Below are positions 28,863 through 38,524 of a stretch of 64,000 bases of DNA, piece after piece. The stretch is from Anaerolineae bacterium. Its GTDB lineage: Bacteria; Chloroflexota; Anaerolineae; UBA3071. Positions within the stretch are counted from its first letter, which is position 1. The number at the start of each line of letters is the position of its first letter. Location of the stretch: NCBI GenBank assembly GCA_029907105.1, contig JARYMM010000004.1:65364-129363 (forward strand), in the 5' to 3' direction. A program made the translations under genes and the position numbers. The notes under the pieces were generated by a model that worked only from the letters and a program-made list of their open reading frames with translations, ran no database searches and had not been told where the DNA came from.

Positions 28863-31800
28863 ATGGCCCGCACCCAAACCCTGATCCGCTCCCTGCTCAC
28901 GGCCCTGGGCGTGGCCCTGGCCATTGCCGGTCAGTGGGCCCTGCTCCAGGCCCGGCAGCCGGGGAGCCGCCTGACCTGGCCCCTGGGCGCCGCCCTCCTG
29001 GCCCTGGGTGCGCTGCTCTTCGCCTTCACCGCGACGGATATTCCCCTGGGTGAGCAGAGGAAGCGGAAGGGACAAAAACCTTCCGCTTTTCCGCTGACGA
29101 TCCGCCTTCCGCACCTGCCCTCCTCGTGGGCCCTGCCGGCCGACCTCCTGGCCGTGCTCCTCATCACGGCCATCGCCGCCGCCGCCCGCTTCTACCGCAT
29201 CGCCGAAACCCCGGCCGGCCTGTGGCTGGACGAGACCGACATCGCCAAACAGGCCCTGGAAATCGTCAACGGCCTGCGCCCCAGGCCGTGGCAGGTGGCC
29301 CGCCTGGAGGTGCCCTGGCTGTACCACTACTACGTCGCCCTCTTCTACAAACTGCTCGGCCCCGGCTATCTCACGGTCAAGCTCCCCCATCTTATCAGCA
29401 GCACCCTCACCGCGCCGGTGCTCTACCTGCTGGCCCGCCAGTTCCTCGACCGGCCCATCGCCTTTCTCAGCGCTCTGCTCTGGGCCACCATGCGCTGGTC
29501 GGTCAACATGAGCCGCTGGGGGCACGCCAACACCCTCACCCTCTTCTGGATCTGCACCGTGTTCTTCCTGCTGTGGCGAGCCCAGGCCACCGGCAAGTGG
29601 CGCTGGTGGGTCCTCGGCGGCCTGGCCCTGGGGCTGAGCCAGTACGCCTACCAGAGCACGCGCGCCCTCGTCGCCATCGTCGCCGTCTTCCTGATCTACC
29701 GCGCCCTGTGCCCACGCCGCTACTTCCGCCGCCTCTGGCCGCAGATCCTGCTCTTCTGGCTGCTCTTCGCCCTCGTCTATGCCCCTCTGGCCTGGACCTA
29801 CATCCAGAATCCCGAGCTGTTCCTGGAGCGCAGCCGGGCCATCAGCATCTTCAACCCCCTCTTCACCCGCGACCCGTGGGCGACGCTCAAAGAAAACATC
29901 GGCAAATATGCCGGCGTCTTCCACTTCCGTGGCGATCACAATGGCCGGCACAACATCCCCGGCCAACCCATGCTCGACCCCATCACCGGCGTGCTGGCCG
30001 TCCTGGGCCTGGCCCTGACCCTGCGCCGCCCGCAGCGCCCGCACCACGCGCTGCTGCTGCTCTGGGTCCTGCCCTTCCTTGCCGTGGGCATCCTCACCAC
30101 CGAAGCGCCCAACACCTTCCGCATCTACGCCCTCACCCCGGCCATCGCCCTCCTGGCCGGCCTGGCCCTGCAAGCAATCAGAGATTGGATACTGGGTATC
30201 GGGCATTGGTCATTGGAGGATGTCGCCTCGATATCCAATATCCGATACCTGCCACTGGCCATCCTGCTCACCGTCGCTATTGCCGCTGCCGCCTACCTGA
30301 ATCTCGCCCTGTACTTCAACGTCCAGGCCACCCACCCGGCCGTCGTCGGCATGTTCAACGTCGGCCCCACCCGCGTCGGCCAGTACATCGCCACCCTGCC
30401 CGACGACACCACCATTTACCTGGACCGCGAGTTCTGGGCCTTCTCGCCCATCGAGGTCATCAACCCCGGCCGCCCGCTCACCCGCCTCAAGGCCCCCGAT
30501 CATGTCCCGCCACCGCCCGCCCAGAACGCTCCCGTCGCCTACATCCTGGGCACCTATGGCCAGTTGCTCGTGCCTTGCCTCCAGAGCCTCTATCCCGACG
30601 CCCTGGTGGAACCCGGCCTGGGCCCTAACGATCAACCCATCTTCACCGGCGTGCGGCTGAGCGGCGAGACAGTTGCCCGCAAGGGGCTGCGCGGCACCTG
30701 GTGGGCCGGCCTGGAACCTGGCGGCCAGCCCGCCGCGAGCGGGGTGACGCCGCTCGATCCCCTGCCCATCACCCCGCCGGCCACCGCTGACCTGCGCGGC
30801 GGCCTCTACCTGCCGAAGCCCGGAACCTATGGCCTGCGCATGGAAGGAGCCGACCGCCTGCGCCTGACCCTTGCCGGCCGCACGGCGCTGGAGGCCCCCG
30901 CCCAGCCCGTCTCCCTCACCCTGCCCGGCGGGCTCGTTTCCGCCCATCTCGAGCTCACCGTCGCCGGTCCGGCGGCCCCGCGCCTCCTCTGGCGCCCGCC
31001 CGGCGCCGGCGATTGGGAACCCATCCCCGGGCAGAACTGGTATCCCCTGGACATCCCCGAAGGCGGCCTGCTGGCGCTCTCCTTCGAAGGCGGCGGCCTG
31101 CGCACGCCGCCCGTGCGCATCACGTCCGATGCCTGGCTCTACGCCGACAACGCCGGCGACCTGGCCACGGCAGCCATGCGCTGGCTCGGCCGCCTGCATA
31201 TCCCCGAGGCCGGCCTCTACCAGTTCGGCCTGTCGTCCGATGATGCCTCGCGGCTGTGGATAGATGACCAGCTCGTCGTGGACAACTGGGGACTGCACGG
31301 GGCTGGCTGGATGGACCGCCCGGCCGAGCTCACCGCCGGCTGGCACGGGGTGCGCATAGACTACATTGACAACGGCGGCAGCCACTGGTTCGAGGTCCGC
31401 TGGACGCCGCCGGGGCAGTCGCCCGGCCGCCTGCCGGCGGAACTCCTGAGCTGGAGCGAGGACGACCTGGCCCAGGCCCTGACGCCGCCGGAGAACCCGC
31501 CCCCTGTGCTGCGCGTCCTCAATGCTGCAGGTGAACCCGTGGGCACCGTGCCCATCGCCGCCGCCCGCCTGGGCGACCCCAAGTTCAATCAACCCATCGG
31601 CGACGCCAACTTCCAGAGCTGGCCCATGAAGCTGCAGAGCACGATGTACGACCACGGCATCGGCGTCTACGGGCCGGGGGAAATGGACTTCGACCTGGGA
31701 GGGGGCTACCTGCGCTTCCAGGGCCTGGTGGGGGTGGATACCGATACCTACGGCGACGCCCACACCCAGGTGCAGATCATCGGCGACGGCCGCGTCCTCT

Positions 31801-31964
31801 GGGACAGCGGCCAGATCCACCCCTGGGACCCTCCCACCCCCTTCGACGTGGATGTGAGCGGCGTGCAGCGCCTGACCCTGAAACAGATCGAGGAGGGGCA
31901 CTTCGAGGGTCGCGGCGACGCCGTGGATTGGGTGAACCCCGTCCTACGCAAACCTGAAACCTGA
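28863..31964 (+). CDS. GT-C family glycosyltransferase (PMT/ArnT-like) with C-terminal PA14 and NPCBM-like domains
   Basis: Polytopic N-terminal half with a WLDETD DE motif; a PA14-like segment (GLYQFGLSSDDASRLWIDDQLVVDNWG); an NPCBM-like C-terminus (DHGIGVYGPGEMDFDLGGGY...VQIIGDGRVLWDSGQI). Confidence 0.65.
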   Translation: MARTQTLIRSLLTALGVALAIAGQWALLQARQPGSRLTWPLGAALLALGALLFAFTATDIPLGEQRKRKGQKPSAFPLTIRLPHLPSSWALPADLLAVLLITAIAAAARFYRIAETPAGLWLDETDIAKQALEIVNGLRPRPWQVARLEVPWLYHYYVALFYKLLGPGYLTVKLPHLISSTLTAPVLYLLARQFLDRPIAFLSALLWATMRWSVNMSRWGHANTLTLFWICTVFFLLWRAQATGKWRWWVLGGLALGLSQYAYQSTRALVAIVAVFLIYRALCPRRYFRRLWPQILLFWLLFALVYAPLAWTYIQNPELFLERSRAISIFNPLFTRDPWATLKENIGKYAGVFHFRGDHNGRHNIPGQPMLDPITGVLAVLGLALTLRRPQRPHHALLLLWVLPFLAVGILTTEAPNTFRIYALTPAIALLAGLALQAIRDWILGIGHWSLEDVASISNIRYLPLAILLTVAIAAAAYLNLALYFNVQATHPAVVGMFNVGPTRVGQYIATLPDDTTIYLDREFWAFSPIEVINPGRPLTRLKAPDHVPPPPAQNAPVAYILGTYGQLLVPCLQSLYPDALVEPGLGPNDQPIFTGVRLSGETVARKGLRGTWWAGLEPGGQPAASGVTPLDPLPITPPATADLRGGLYLPKPGTYGLRMEGADRLRLTLAGRTALEAPAQPVSLTLPGGLVSAHLELTVAGPAAPRLLWRPPGAGDWEPIPGQNWYPLDIPEGGLLALSFEGGGLRTPPVRITSDAWLYADNAGDLATAAMRWLGRLHIPEAGLYQFGLSSDDASRLWIDDQLVVDNWGLHGAGWMDRPAELTAGWHGVRIDYIDNGGSHWFEVRWTPPGQSPGRLPAELLSWSEDDLAQALTPPENPPPVLRVLNAAGEPVGTVPIAAARLGDPKFNQPIGDANFQSWPMKLQSTMYDHGIGVYGPGEMDFDLGGGYLRFQGLVGVDTDTYGDAHTQVQIIGDGRVLWDSGQIHPWDPPTPFDVDVSGVQRLTLKQIEEGHFEGRGDAVDWVNPVLRKPET

Positions 31965-31986
31965 AACCTGGAACCCGAAACCCGTC

Positions 31987-33012
31987 TCACCGTCGCCGTC
32001 CGCGCAACGAGGCGGCCAGCTCCCGCAGCGGGGCCAGGGCCTCTTCGCTCAGCCCGGTATCCGCCAACGCCGCCAGCGCCTGCTGGTGTGCTTCTTCGGC
32101 CATGCGCCGGGCAGTGCCTTCGGCGTCCACCTCTGCCAGCAACGCCAGCACGGAGGGAACGTCCTCCGCCGTGAGCTGTGGTTGGCGATAGAGGGTGCGC
32201 AGCCGCTCGCCTGCCGCGCTGCCCAGGGCGTAGACCACGGGCAGCGTTTTCTTTTTCTCCACGATGTCGCTGGCCGCCGGCTTGCCGGTGAGCGCCTCGT
32301 CGCCCCAGATGCCCAGGATGTCGTCCTCGATCTGGAAGGCGATGCCCAGCCTCTGGCCAAAGCGCTGAAAGCTCTCCACTGTATGCGCTGGCGCACCGGC
32401 CAGCAGCGCCCCCAGCCCGGTGGAAAGCCCCATCAGCGCCGCTGTCTTGCCCTCGATCATGGCCAGATACTCGTCCACGCTCACATCCAGCCGCGCCTCG
32501 AAGCTCATGTCCAGGTATTGCCCTTCGGTCAGCGCCACGCACGTGTCGTCGAAGGCGCGCATCGCCGCCAGCACACGCTCAGGGGGCACATCGTGCTCGG
32601 CCAGCCGTCCCAGCGTGCGGTGGGCCAGGGCGAAGAGGGCATCCCCCACGTTCACCGCCTGGGGCACGCCCCACAGCGCCCAGACGGTTGGCCGGCCGCG
32701 CCGCGTGGGGCTGCGGTCCTCGATGTCGTCGTGCACCAGCGAGAAGTTGTGCAGGATCTCGATGGCTGCCGCCGCCGGCAACGCCACCTGCACATCCCCC
32801 CTGGCCGCCGCGCAGGCCAGCAGGCAGAGCAGAGGCCGCAGCCGCTTGCCGCCCTCTCCCACCCGCGGCCGAAACCCCTCGTCCAACCAGCCCAGGTGAT
32901 ACTGCATCATGCCGTGGTGTCCGGCCAGCGCCACGCAGGGCGTCTGCAATGCTCGCTGCAATGTCTCTTCGATCAACGGCAAGTAGCGGGCCATTCTCTC
33001 TTGAATGCTCAT
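31987..33012 (-). CDS. Polyprenyl diphosphate synthase (trans-isoprenyl diphosphate synthase)
   Basis: LVHDDIED and DDILGIWGDE aspartate-rich motifs; start at MSIQERMARYLP. Confidence 0.8.
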   Translation of the reverse strand: MSIQERMARYLPLIEETLQRALQTPCVALAGHHGMMQYHLGWLDEGFRPRVGEGGKRLRPLLCLLACAAARGDVQVALPAAAAIEILHNFSLVHDDIEDRSPTRRGRPTVWALWGVPQAVNVGDALFALAHRTLGRLAEHDVPPERVLAAMRAFDDTCVALTEGQYLDMSFEARLDVSVDEYLAMIEGKTAALMGLSTGLGALLAGAPAHTVESFQRFGQRLGIAFQIEDDILGIWGDEALTGKPAASDIVEKKKTLPVVYALGSAAGERLRTLYRQPQLTAEDVPSVLALLAEVDAEGTARRMAEEAHQQALAALADTGLSEEALAPLRELAASLRGRRR

Positions 33013-33084
33013 CCTGTGTGCTCCCAGGCATCCTTTAGTACCTGACCAGTGAAATTCTTGCCACCTGTGCGGTTGGCAGGCAGT

Positions 33085-33114
33085 AGTAGGACAACTGCGA
33101 GCAGTTGTCCTACT
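33085..33114. repeat. Palindrome AGTAGGACAACTGC-ga-GCAGTTGTCCTACT (family copy 2)
   Basis: Same palindrome and ccacctgtgcggtt flank as at 24038-24081. Confidence 0.55.
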
Positions 33115-33271
33115 CTGGCACATTGTAGCACGATGCAGCACAGAAGCCAAGTTGCCGTTTTCTCTTTTGCCCCAAAGCAGGTATAATGAGAGAGGGTTCC
33201 AGGTTCCAGGTTGACAGGTTTCAGGGTGGCTTCGAGCCGGCAGCCTTGAGCCACCCGTGGAGGTAGGGAAC

Positions 33272-34891
33272 ATGCGAACGATTGAACTCGACGGCGAGTC
33301 GCTGACCATCGAGGACGTGGTGATGGTAGCACGGGCAGCGCCGGGGACGGTGGCCTTGCGCCTGACCGACGAGGCACAAGGAAAAGTGCAACGGGCGCGG
33401 GAGGCCGTGGAGCATTTCGTCGCCCGCGGCGACGTGATCTACGGCATCACCACCGGCTTCGGCGCCTTCCAGGACAAGGTCATCCCCCCCGATCAGGTGC
33501 GCCAATTGCAGCGCAACATCCTTATGAGCCACGCCGTGGGCGTGGGCGAGCCTTTCTCTACGGAGGTGGTGCGGGCGATGATGCTGGTGCGGGCCAACAC
33601 GCTGGCCAAGGGGCATTCCGGCATCCGCCTGACCACGTTGCAGACGTTATTGGCCATGCTGGAGCGCGGCGTGCATCCGGTCGTGCCCACGCAGGGCTCC
33701 CTGGGGGCCAGCGGCGACCTGGCTCCCCTGGCCCACATGGCCCTGGTGCTCATCGGCGAGGGAGAGGCTGACTACGAAGGGGAACGGTTGCCGGGACGGG
33801 AGGCACTGCGGCGCGCCGGGCTGGAGCCGGTCACCCTGGAGGCCAAGGAGGGATTGGCGCTGACCAACGGCACGGCGCTGATGGCCGGCCTGGGCGCGCT
33901 GCTGGTGGTGGAGGCAGAGCGGACAGCACGGGTGGCGGACATCGCCGGCTGTCTCAGCCTGGAGGCGCTCTACGGCACCACGGTGGCCTTCGACCCCCGC
34001 ATCCACGCCGCCCGCCCCCATCCGCGCCAGGTGGAATGCGCCGAACGGCTGCGCCGCCTGCTGGCAGGATCCACTTTTGTGCGGGATGGCCAACTCGTCA
34101 CGCATCACGCATCACGCATCACGCCTGGCGGCAGCAGGCCACGAAGTGACGAGGCTCCCCGCGATCCCCAGGACGCCTACACCCTCCGCTGCATTCCTCA
34201 GGTGCACGGGGCCTGTCACGATGCCATCAAGTACGCCCGCTGGGTGGTGGACATCGAACTGAACAGCGCCACCGATAACCCCCTCATCTTCTTCGACGAC
34301 GAGGGAAGGCCAGAGTGTCTTTCCGGCGGCAACTTCCACGGCGAGCCGCTGGCCATCGCCTTCGACTACCTGAGCCTGGCGCTGACCGAGCTGGGCAACA
34401 TGGCCGAACGCCGCCTGACCCGTCTGACCGACGGCAGCAGCAACCGCCACGTGCTGCCCGACTTTCTGACCCGGCACGGCGGCCTCAACTCCGGCTTCAT
34501 GCTCACGCAGTACACGGCCGCCGCGCTGGCCTCGGAGAACAAAGCCCTGGTGCATCCGGCCAGCGCCGACACCATCCCCACCTCGGCCAACATGGAGGAT
34601 CACGTCTCCAACGGGCCGGCGGCGGCCCGTCAGGCACGGCGCATCCTGCGCAACCTGAACTACATCCTGGCCATCGAGCTGTTGGCCGCCGCCCAGGGCA
34701 TTGACTTCCGCCGCCAGGTGCTGGGCGCGCAGGCGCGATTGGGTCAAGGCACGGCCGCCGCCTACCAACTCGTGCGCCAGCGTGTGCCATTTCTGGAACG
34801 GGACGCCATCATGTACCCCTACATCGAAGCGGTGCACGACCTGGTCGTCAGCGGCGAACTGGTGGCCGCGGTGGAAGCAGCGCTGGCATAG
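33272..34891 (+). CDS. hutH: Histidine ammonia-lyase
   Basis: GSLGASGDLAPLAH MIO-forming motif; GGAGG RBS. Confidence 0.85.
   Translation: MRTIELDGESLTIEDVVMVARAAPGTVALRLTDEAQGKVQRAREAVEHFVARGDVIYGITTGFGAFQDKVIPPDQVRQLQRNILMSHAVGVGEPFSTEVVRAMMLVRANTLAKGHSGIRLTTLQTLLAMLERGVHPVVPTQGSLGASGDLAPLAHMALVLIGEGEADYEGERLPGREALRRAGLEPVTLEAKEGLALTNGTALMAGLGALLVVEAERTARVADIAGCLSLEALYGTTVAFDPRIHAARPHPRQVECAERLRRLLAGSTFVRDGQLVTHHASRITPGGSRPRSDEAPRDPQDAYTLRCIPQVHGACHDAIKYARWVVDIELNSATDNPLIFFDDEGRPECLSGGNFHGEPLAIAFDYLSLALTELGNMAERRLTRLTDGSSNRHVLPDFLTRHGGLNSGFMLTQYTAAALASENKALVHPASADTIPTSANMEDHVSNGPAAARQARRILRNLNYILAIELLAAAQGIDFRRQVLGAQARLGQGTAAAYQLVRQRVPFLERDAIMYPYIEAVHDLVVSGELVAAVEAALA
34098..34124. repeat. 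Heptanucleotide tandem repeat (TCACGCA, about 3.9 units) inside the hutH coding sequence
   Basis: tcacgca tcacgca tcacgca tcacgcc, encoding THHASRITP. Confidence 0.6.
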
Positions 34892-34918
34892 TCGGCGATT
34901 GCCTGGCCTGACAAAAAG

Positions 34919-34927
34919 TGGTATAAT
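34919..34927 (+). promoter_or_regulatory. Extended -10 (TGgTATAAT) upstream of the coiled-coil protein gene
   Basis: gtggtataatc; followed by a ccgtc-gaaa-gacgg hairpin. Confidence 0.4.
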
Positions 34928-35042
34928 CACCCGTCGAAAGACGGCTGGGCAGCACCGCACTTATGAGAGCCTATCCGAAAACGTTCCTGGCCAGTCTCCT
35001 GACCGGCCAGGGTTGGGAGACCGTGCCCAACAGCTTTGAAAG

Positions 35043-36281
35043 ATGGCTTCTACTATAGCTCACACAAGGAATACGGACATGGACACAACACAATTGACCC
35101 AGATGGTCACCTGGCTGGACGAGGAACTGCGCCGCGAGCGGGCCGAGGTCACCAAACTGCAGCAACTGGTGGAGCGGCAGTTGGGCGAACTTGCCGAACA
35201 GTCGCGGCAGATCAAAGAGCTGGAGGGCCGTCTGGCCAGCACCCAGGCCCAACTCGTCAAGTTCAGCCAACTGGAACAGGCCCTGCAGCAGCTCAAGACC
35301 GAAGTGGTGCTCATGCTGGACAGCCAAAGCGAGGAGCAACTCAAGGCCCAGCGGGAGCTGGAGCAGCGCCGCCTGGCCGACCGCGAGGCGCTGTCGAAAG
35401 GGATTGCCGAAATACGTAAGGAACTGCCGCGCATCGCTCGCCTGGAAGAAGCACTCTCCGTGCGGGAAGCAGAAGACCGCCGCCTGGGCGAACTGCTGAT
35501 GGCCCTGCGCCACGAGGTGACGGCCATGGGCAAGGATTTCGACGAACGTGCCCGCAACCTGACCTACCTGGCGGAACAGCGCGCCTACGACAACAAGCGC
35601 ATCGCCGGCTTGCAGGAGGAGAGCCTGACCCTGCTCAAGCGCACGGAGGAGCACGACAGCAAGCTCACGTCGCTGGAGGATGCCGCCCAGCGCCACGAGC
35701 GCCACATCCAGGAACTCCTGCAGCTCGCCCAGGAACTGAAACGGCAACAGGCCCAGTGGCTGGAGAGCCAGTTGCTGGCCGAAGAGCAGCGAAAACGGGA
35801 GATGCAGGAGTGGCGGCAGGAAGTGAGTGTGCAGCGCGAGGACATGAAGCGTCTGTTGGCCCGCACGGAGGAGTTCGGCAAGGTCGCCGAAGCCGGGCGA
35901 CAGGCCCTGGCCACCCTGGATACCTTCAAGGAACAATTGCGGCGCGATCAGAACCAGGTGGCAGAGTTGCAGCGGCTGGCCGAGGAGCGGCAGCGCAAAG
36001 AGTTGGAGGAATGGCAGGCGGAGGAAGAGAAGCGTTGGAAGAAGCACGAATTGCAGTGGGAGCATCAGTGGAAGGAGCAATATCAACGACACAATGCGCT
36101 GCTGACACGCATCGCCGCGCTGGAAGAGGAGATCAAGGGCCTGTATCCTCAGTTGGCCGGTCTCTGGCGCTTGCAGGAGGTGTACGGTGCCCATCGCCTG
36201 GCCGAGGTGCAGCGCTGGCAAAGCGAGCTGGAGAAGGCCGTTGACGAAAGGAACAAGTTGACGCGCCAGCGCGGCAAGTAG
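35043..36281 (+). CDS. Hypothetical coiled-coil protein
   Basis: 412 aa, almost entirely heptad-like E/Q/R/L-rich sequence, no TM; the start may be the internal MDTTQL. Confidence 0.5.
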   Translation: MASTIAHTRNTDMDTTQLTQMVTWLDEELRRERAEVTKLQQLVERQLGELAEQSRQIKELEGRLASTQAQLVKFSQLEQALQQLKTEVVLMLDSQSEEQLKAQRELEQRRLADREALSKGIAEIRKELPRIARLEEALSVREAEDRRLGELLMALRHEVTAMGKDFDERARNLTYLAEQRAYDNKRIAGLQEESLTLLKRTEEHDSKLTSLEDAAQRHERHIQELLQLAQELKRQQAQWLESQLLAEEQRKREMQEWRQEVSVQREDMKRLLARTEEFGKVAEAGRQALATLDTFKEQLRRDQNQVAELQRLAEERQRKELEEWQAEEEKRWKKHELQWEHQWKEQYQRHNALLTRIAALEEEIKGLYPQLAGLWRLQEVYGAHRLAEVQRWQSELEKAVDERNKLTRQRGK

Positions 36282-36380
36282 AGCAAGAATCACAGGCTCA
36301 GAAACCCGCCTTCTCGGAGAAATGAGACTCTGACCAATCTCATCAGTTGGCTTGCCTTGAGCCGGGTTTGGAAGGAGAAT

Positions 36381-36600
36381 ATGTGGATGGAACGCTTTGA
36401 GGAATTCCGCGACCAGATCCTGCCCATACTGTTGCCCTGTGGGGTCAGGAAGAATGATGCCATATACCTGCACCACATCCTGGACGCCATAGATCGGATA
36501 AGGGAATACACCGCAGGTGTCTCAGCGGTCTGATCTTCCGCTTTTAAGACAGCAGTTGACGCGCGTTCTGGCAATGCTGGAAAAATGGGAGTGAACCATC
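36381..36600 (+). pseudogene. Degraded MntA/HepT (nucleotidyltransferase/DUF86) toxin-antitoxin remnant
   Basis: 50-codon ORF with an AGGAG RBS; ILPILLPCGV resembles an MntA N-terminus and IYLHHILDAIDRIREYTAG a HepT N-terminus; a HepT-like C-terminal end (DLPLLRQQLTRVLAMLEKWE) sits in another frame; about 52% GC. Confidence 0.4.
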
Positions 36601-36601
36601 G

Positions 36602-38524
36602 GTGCGCGTTATCGGCACGGCAGGACACGTAGATCACGGCAAATCAAGCCTGGTGCTGGCCCTCACGGGCATTGACCCCGACCGCCTGCCCGAGGAAAAA
36701 GCCCGCGAGATGACCATTGACCTGGGCTTTGCCTGGCTGACGCTGCCCGGCGGCGAGGCCGTGGGCATCGTGGACGTGCCGGGCCATATTGACTTCATCA
36801 AGAACATGCTGGCCGGCGTCGGCTCCATTGACGCGGCCCTCTTCGTCGTCGCCGCCGACGAAGGGGTCATGCCCCAGACGCGGGAGCACCTGGCCATCCT
36901 CGACCTCATGCAGGTGCCCGCCGGCGTGGTGGCCCTCACCAAGACAGACCTGATCCGGGAGCCCGAGTGGCTGGAACTGGTGGCCGAAGAGGTGAGCGAC
37001 CTGCTGGCCTCCACGCCGCTGGCCGGGGCGCCCATCGTGCCGGTGTCCGCCCGCACGGGAGAGGGCCTGCCGCAGTTGCTGCAGGCGCTGGAAGACGTGC
37101 TGCAGAACGCTCCCCCGCGCCGCGACCTGGGGCGGCCGCGCCTGCCCATAGACCGCGTCTTCACCGTGGCCGGCTTCGGCACCGTGGTCACCGGCACCCT
37201 CAGCGACGGCTGCCTGGAGTTGGGCCAGGAAGTAGAGATCGTGCCCGGCGACCTGCGGGCGCGCATCCGCGGCCTGCAGACGCACAAGCAGCAGATCGAG
37301 CGCGCCGTGCCCGGCAGCCGCGTGGCCATCAACCTCAGCGGCGTGCGCACCGAGCAACTCCAACGCGGCCAGGTGGTCACCCTGCCCGGCCTGCTGCGCC
37401 CTACACAGCTTGTGGACCTGCGCCTGCGCCTGCTGGCCGACTCTCCCGCTCCGTTCAAACACAACCAGGAGGTGGACTTCTTCTCCGGCGCGGCGGAGGT
37501 GGTGGCCCGCGCCCGCCTGCTCGATGCCGAGGCCATCCCGCCCGGCGGCCAGGGCTGGGTGCAACTCCGCCTGCGCCAGCCGGTGGCCGTGGCTGCCGGC
37601 GACCGCTTCATCCTGCGGCAACCTTCGCCCAGCCGCACGCTGGGCGGCGGCCAGGTGGTCAACCCTCACCCCAGACGACGGCATCGCCGCTTCCGCCCTG
37701 AGGTCATCGCCCACCTGGAAACCCTGGCCCGCGGCCAGCCCACGGACATCCTGCTGCAAAGGTTACAGGAGCGCGAACCGGCCGGCGCACGGGAGATCGT
37801 CTCCGCCAGCGGCCTGGAGGAAGACGTTGCCCTGGCTGCCCTGGACGAACTGCTGTCCACAGGGCAGGCCTTCTTCCTGAGCCCGAATGAGGCAGCGGTG
37901 TCGGCGGCGCAGGCTGTGGCCGGCAACCGCTACCTGGTCTCGGCGGCCGGGTGGCGACGGTTTACGGAGCAACTGCAAGGCGTGCTGGCCGATTATCACC
38001 GCCAATACCCCCTGCGCCTGGGCATGCCGCGCGAGGAACTGAAGAGCCGTTTGCAGCCCCGTCGTCCCTGGCCTGGCCGCCTGTTCAACGAGGCGATGAG
38101 CCGGGCCGCAGCCGAGGGGCTCATCGCCGAAACGGAAGGCGCGGTGCGCATGGCTGAGCACGCGGTGCGCTTCACGCCAGAGCAACAGCGAGAGGCGGAT
38201 GCACTGCTCGCCCGCTTCCGTGCCCAGCCCTACGCGCCCCCCACCGTGGCCGAGGCCACGGCCAGCGTCGGCCCCGAGGTGTTGCAGGCCCTGATCGAAT
38301 CGAACACCCTCACTCGCATCAGCGAAGAGGTGCTCTTCCTGACCGAGACCTACGAGAAGATGGTGGCGCGGATCATGGCCCATCTGCAAAGCGAGGGGAG
38401 CATCACCGTGGCCCAGGTGCGGGACATGTTCGGCACCAGCCGCAAGTACGCGCTGCCGCTCATGGAGCACCTGGACGAACGGCGGCTGACACGGCGGGTC
38501 GGCGACCAACGAGTGTTGCGTTGA
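36602..38524 (+). CDS. selB: Selenocysteine-specific elongation factor
   Basis: GHVDHGKSSL G1 motif, EF-Tu-like domains and a C-terminal winged-helix extension (640 aa); GTG start. Confidence 0.8.
   Translation: MRVIGTAGHVDHGKSSLVLALTGIDPDRLPEEKAREMTIDLGFAWLTLPGGEAVGIVDVPGHIDFIKNMLAGVGSIDAALFVVAADEGVMPQTREHLAILDLMQVPAGVVALTKTDLIREPEWLELVAEEVSDLLASTPLAGAPIVPVSARTGEGLPQLLQALEDVLQNAPPRRDLGRPRLPIDRVFTVAGFGTVVTGTLSDGCLELGQEVEIVPGDLRARIRGLQTHKQQIERAVPGSRVAINLSGVRTEQLQRGQVVTLPGLLRPTQLVDLRLRLLADSPAPFKHNQEVDFFSGAAEVVARARLLDAEAIPPGGQGWVQLRLRQPVAVAAGDRFILRQPSPSRTLGGGQVVNPHPRRRHRRFRPEVIAHLETLARGQPTDILLQRLQEREPAGAREIVSASGLEEDVALAALDELLSTGQAFFLSPNEAAVSAAQAVAGNRYLVSAAGWRRFTEQLQGVLADYHRQYPLRLGMPREELKSRLQPRRPWPGRLFNEAMSRAAAEGLIAETEGAVRMAEHAVRFTPEQQREADALLARFRAQPYAPPTVAEATASVGPEVLQALIESNTLTRISEEVLFLTETYEKMVARIMAHLQSEGSITVAQVRDMFGTSRKYALPLMEHLDERRLTRRVGDQRVLR

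Noticed and set aside
36290-36637. 115-aa minus-strand ORF upstream of selB
   Set aside because: Low-complexity translation with no RBS. It overlaps the better-supported plus-strand TA-remnant ORF and the selB start.
36602-38524. tRNA-Sec or a SECIS-containing selenoprotein gene adjacent to selB
   Set aside because: I scanned the flanks by eye and found no long-variable-arm tRNA with a TCA anticodon. This needs a proper genome-wide search.
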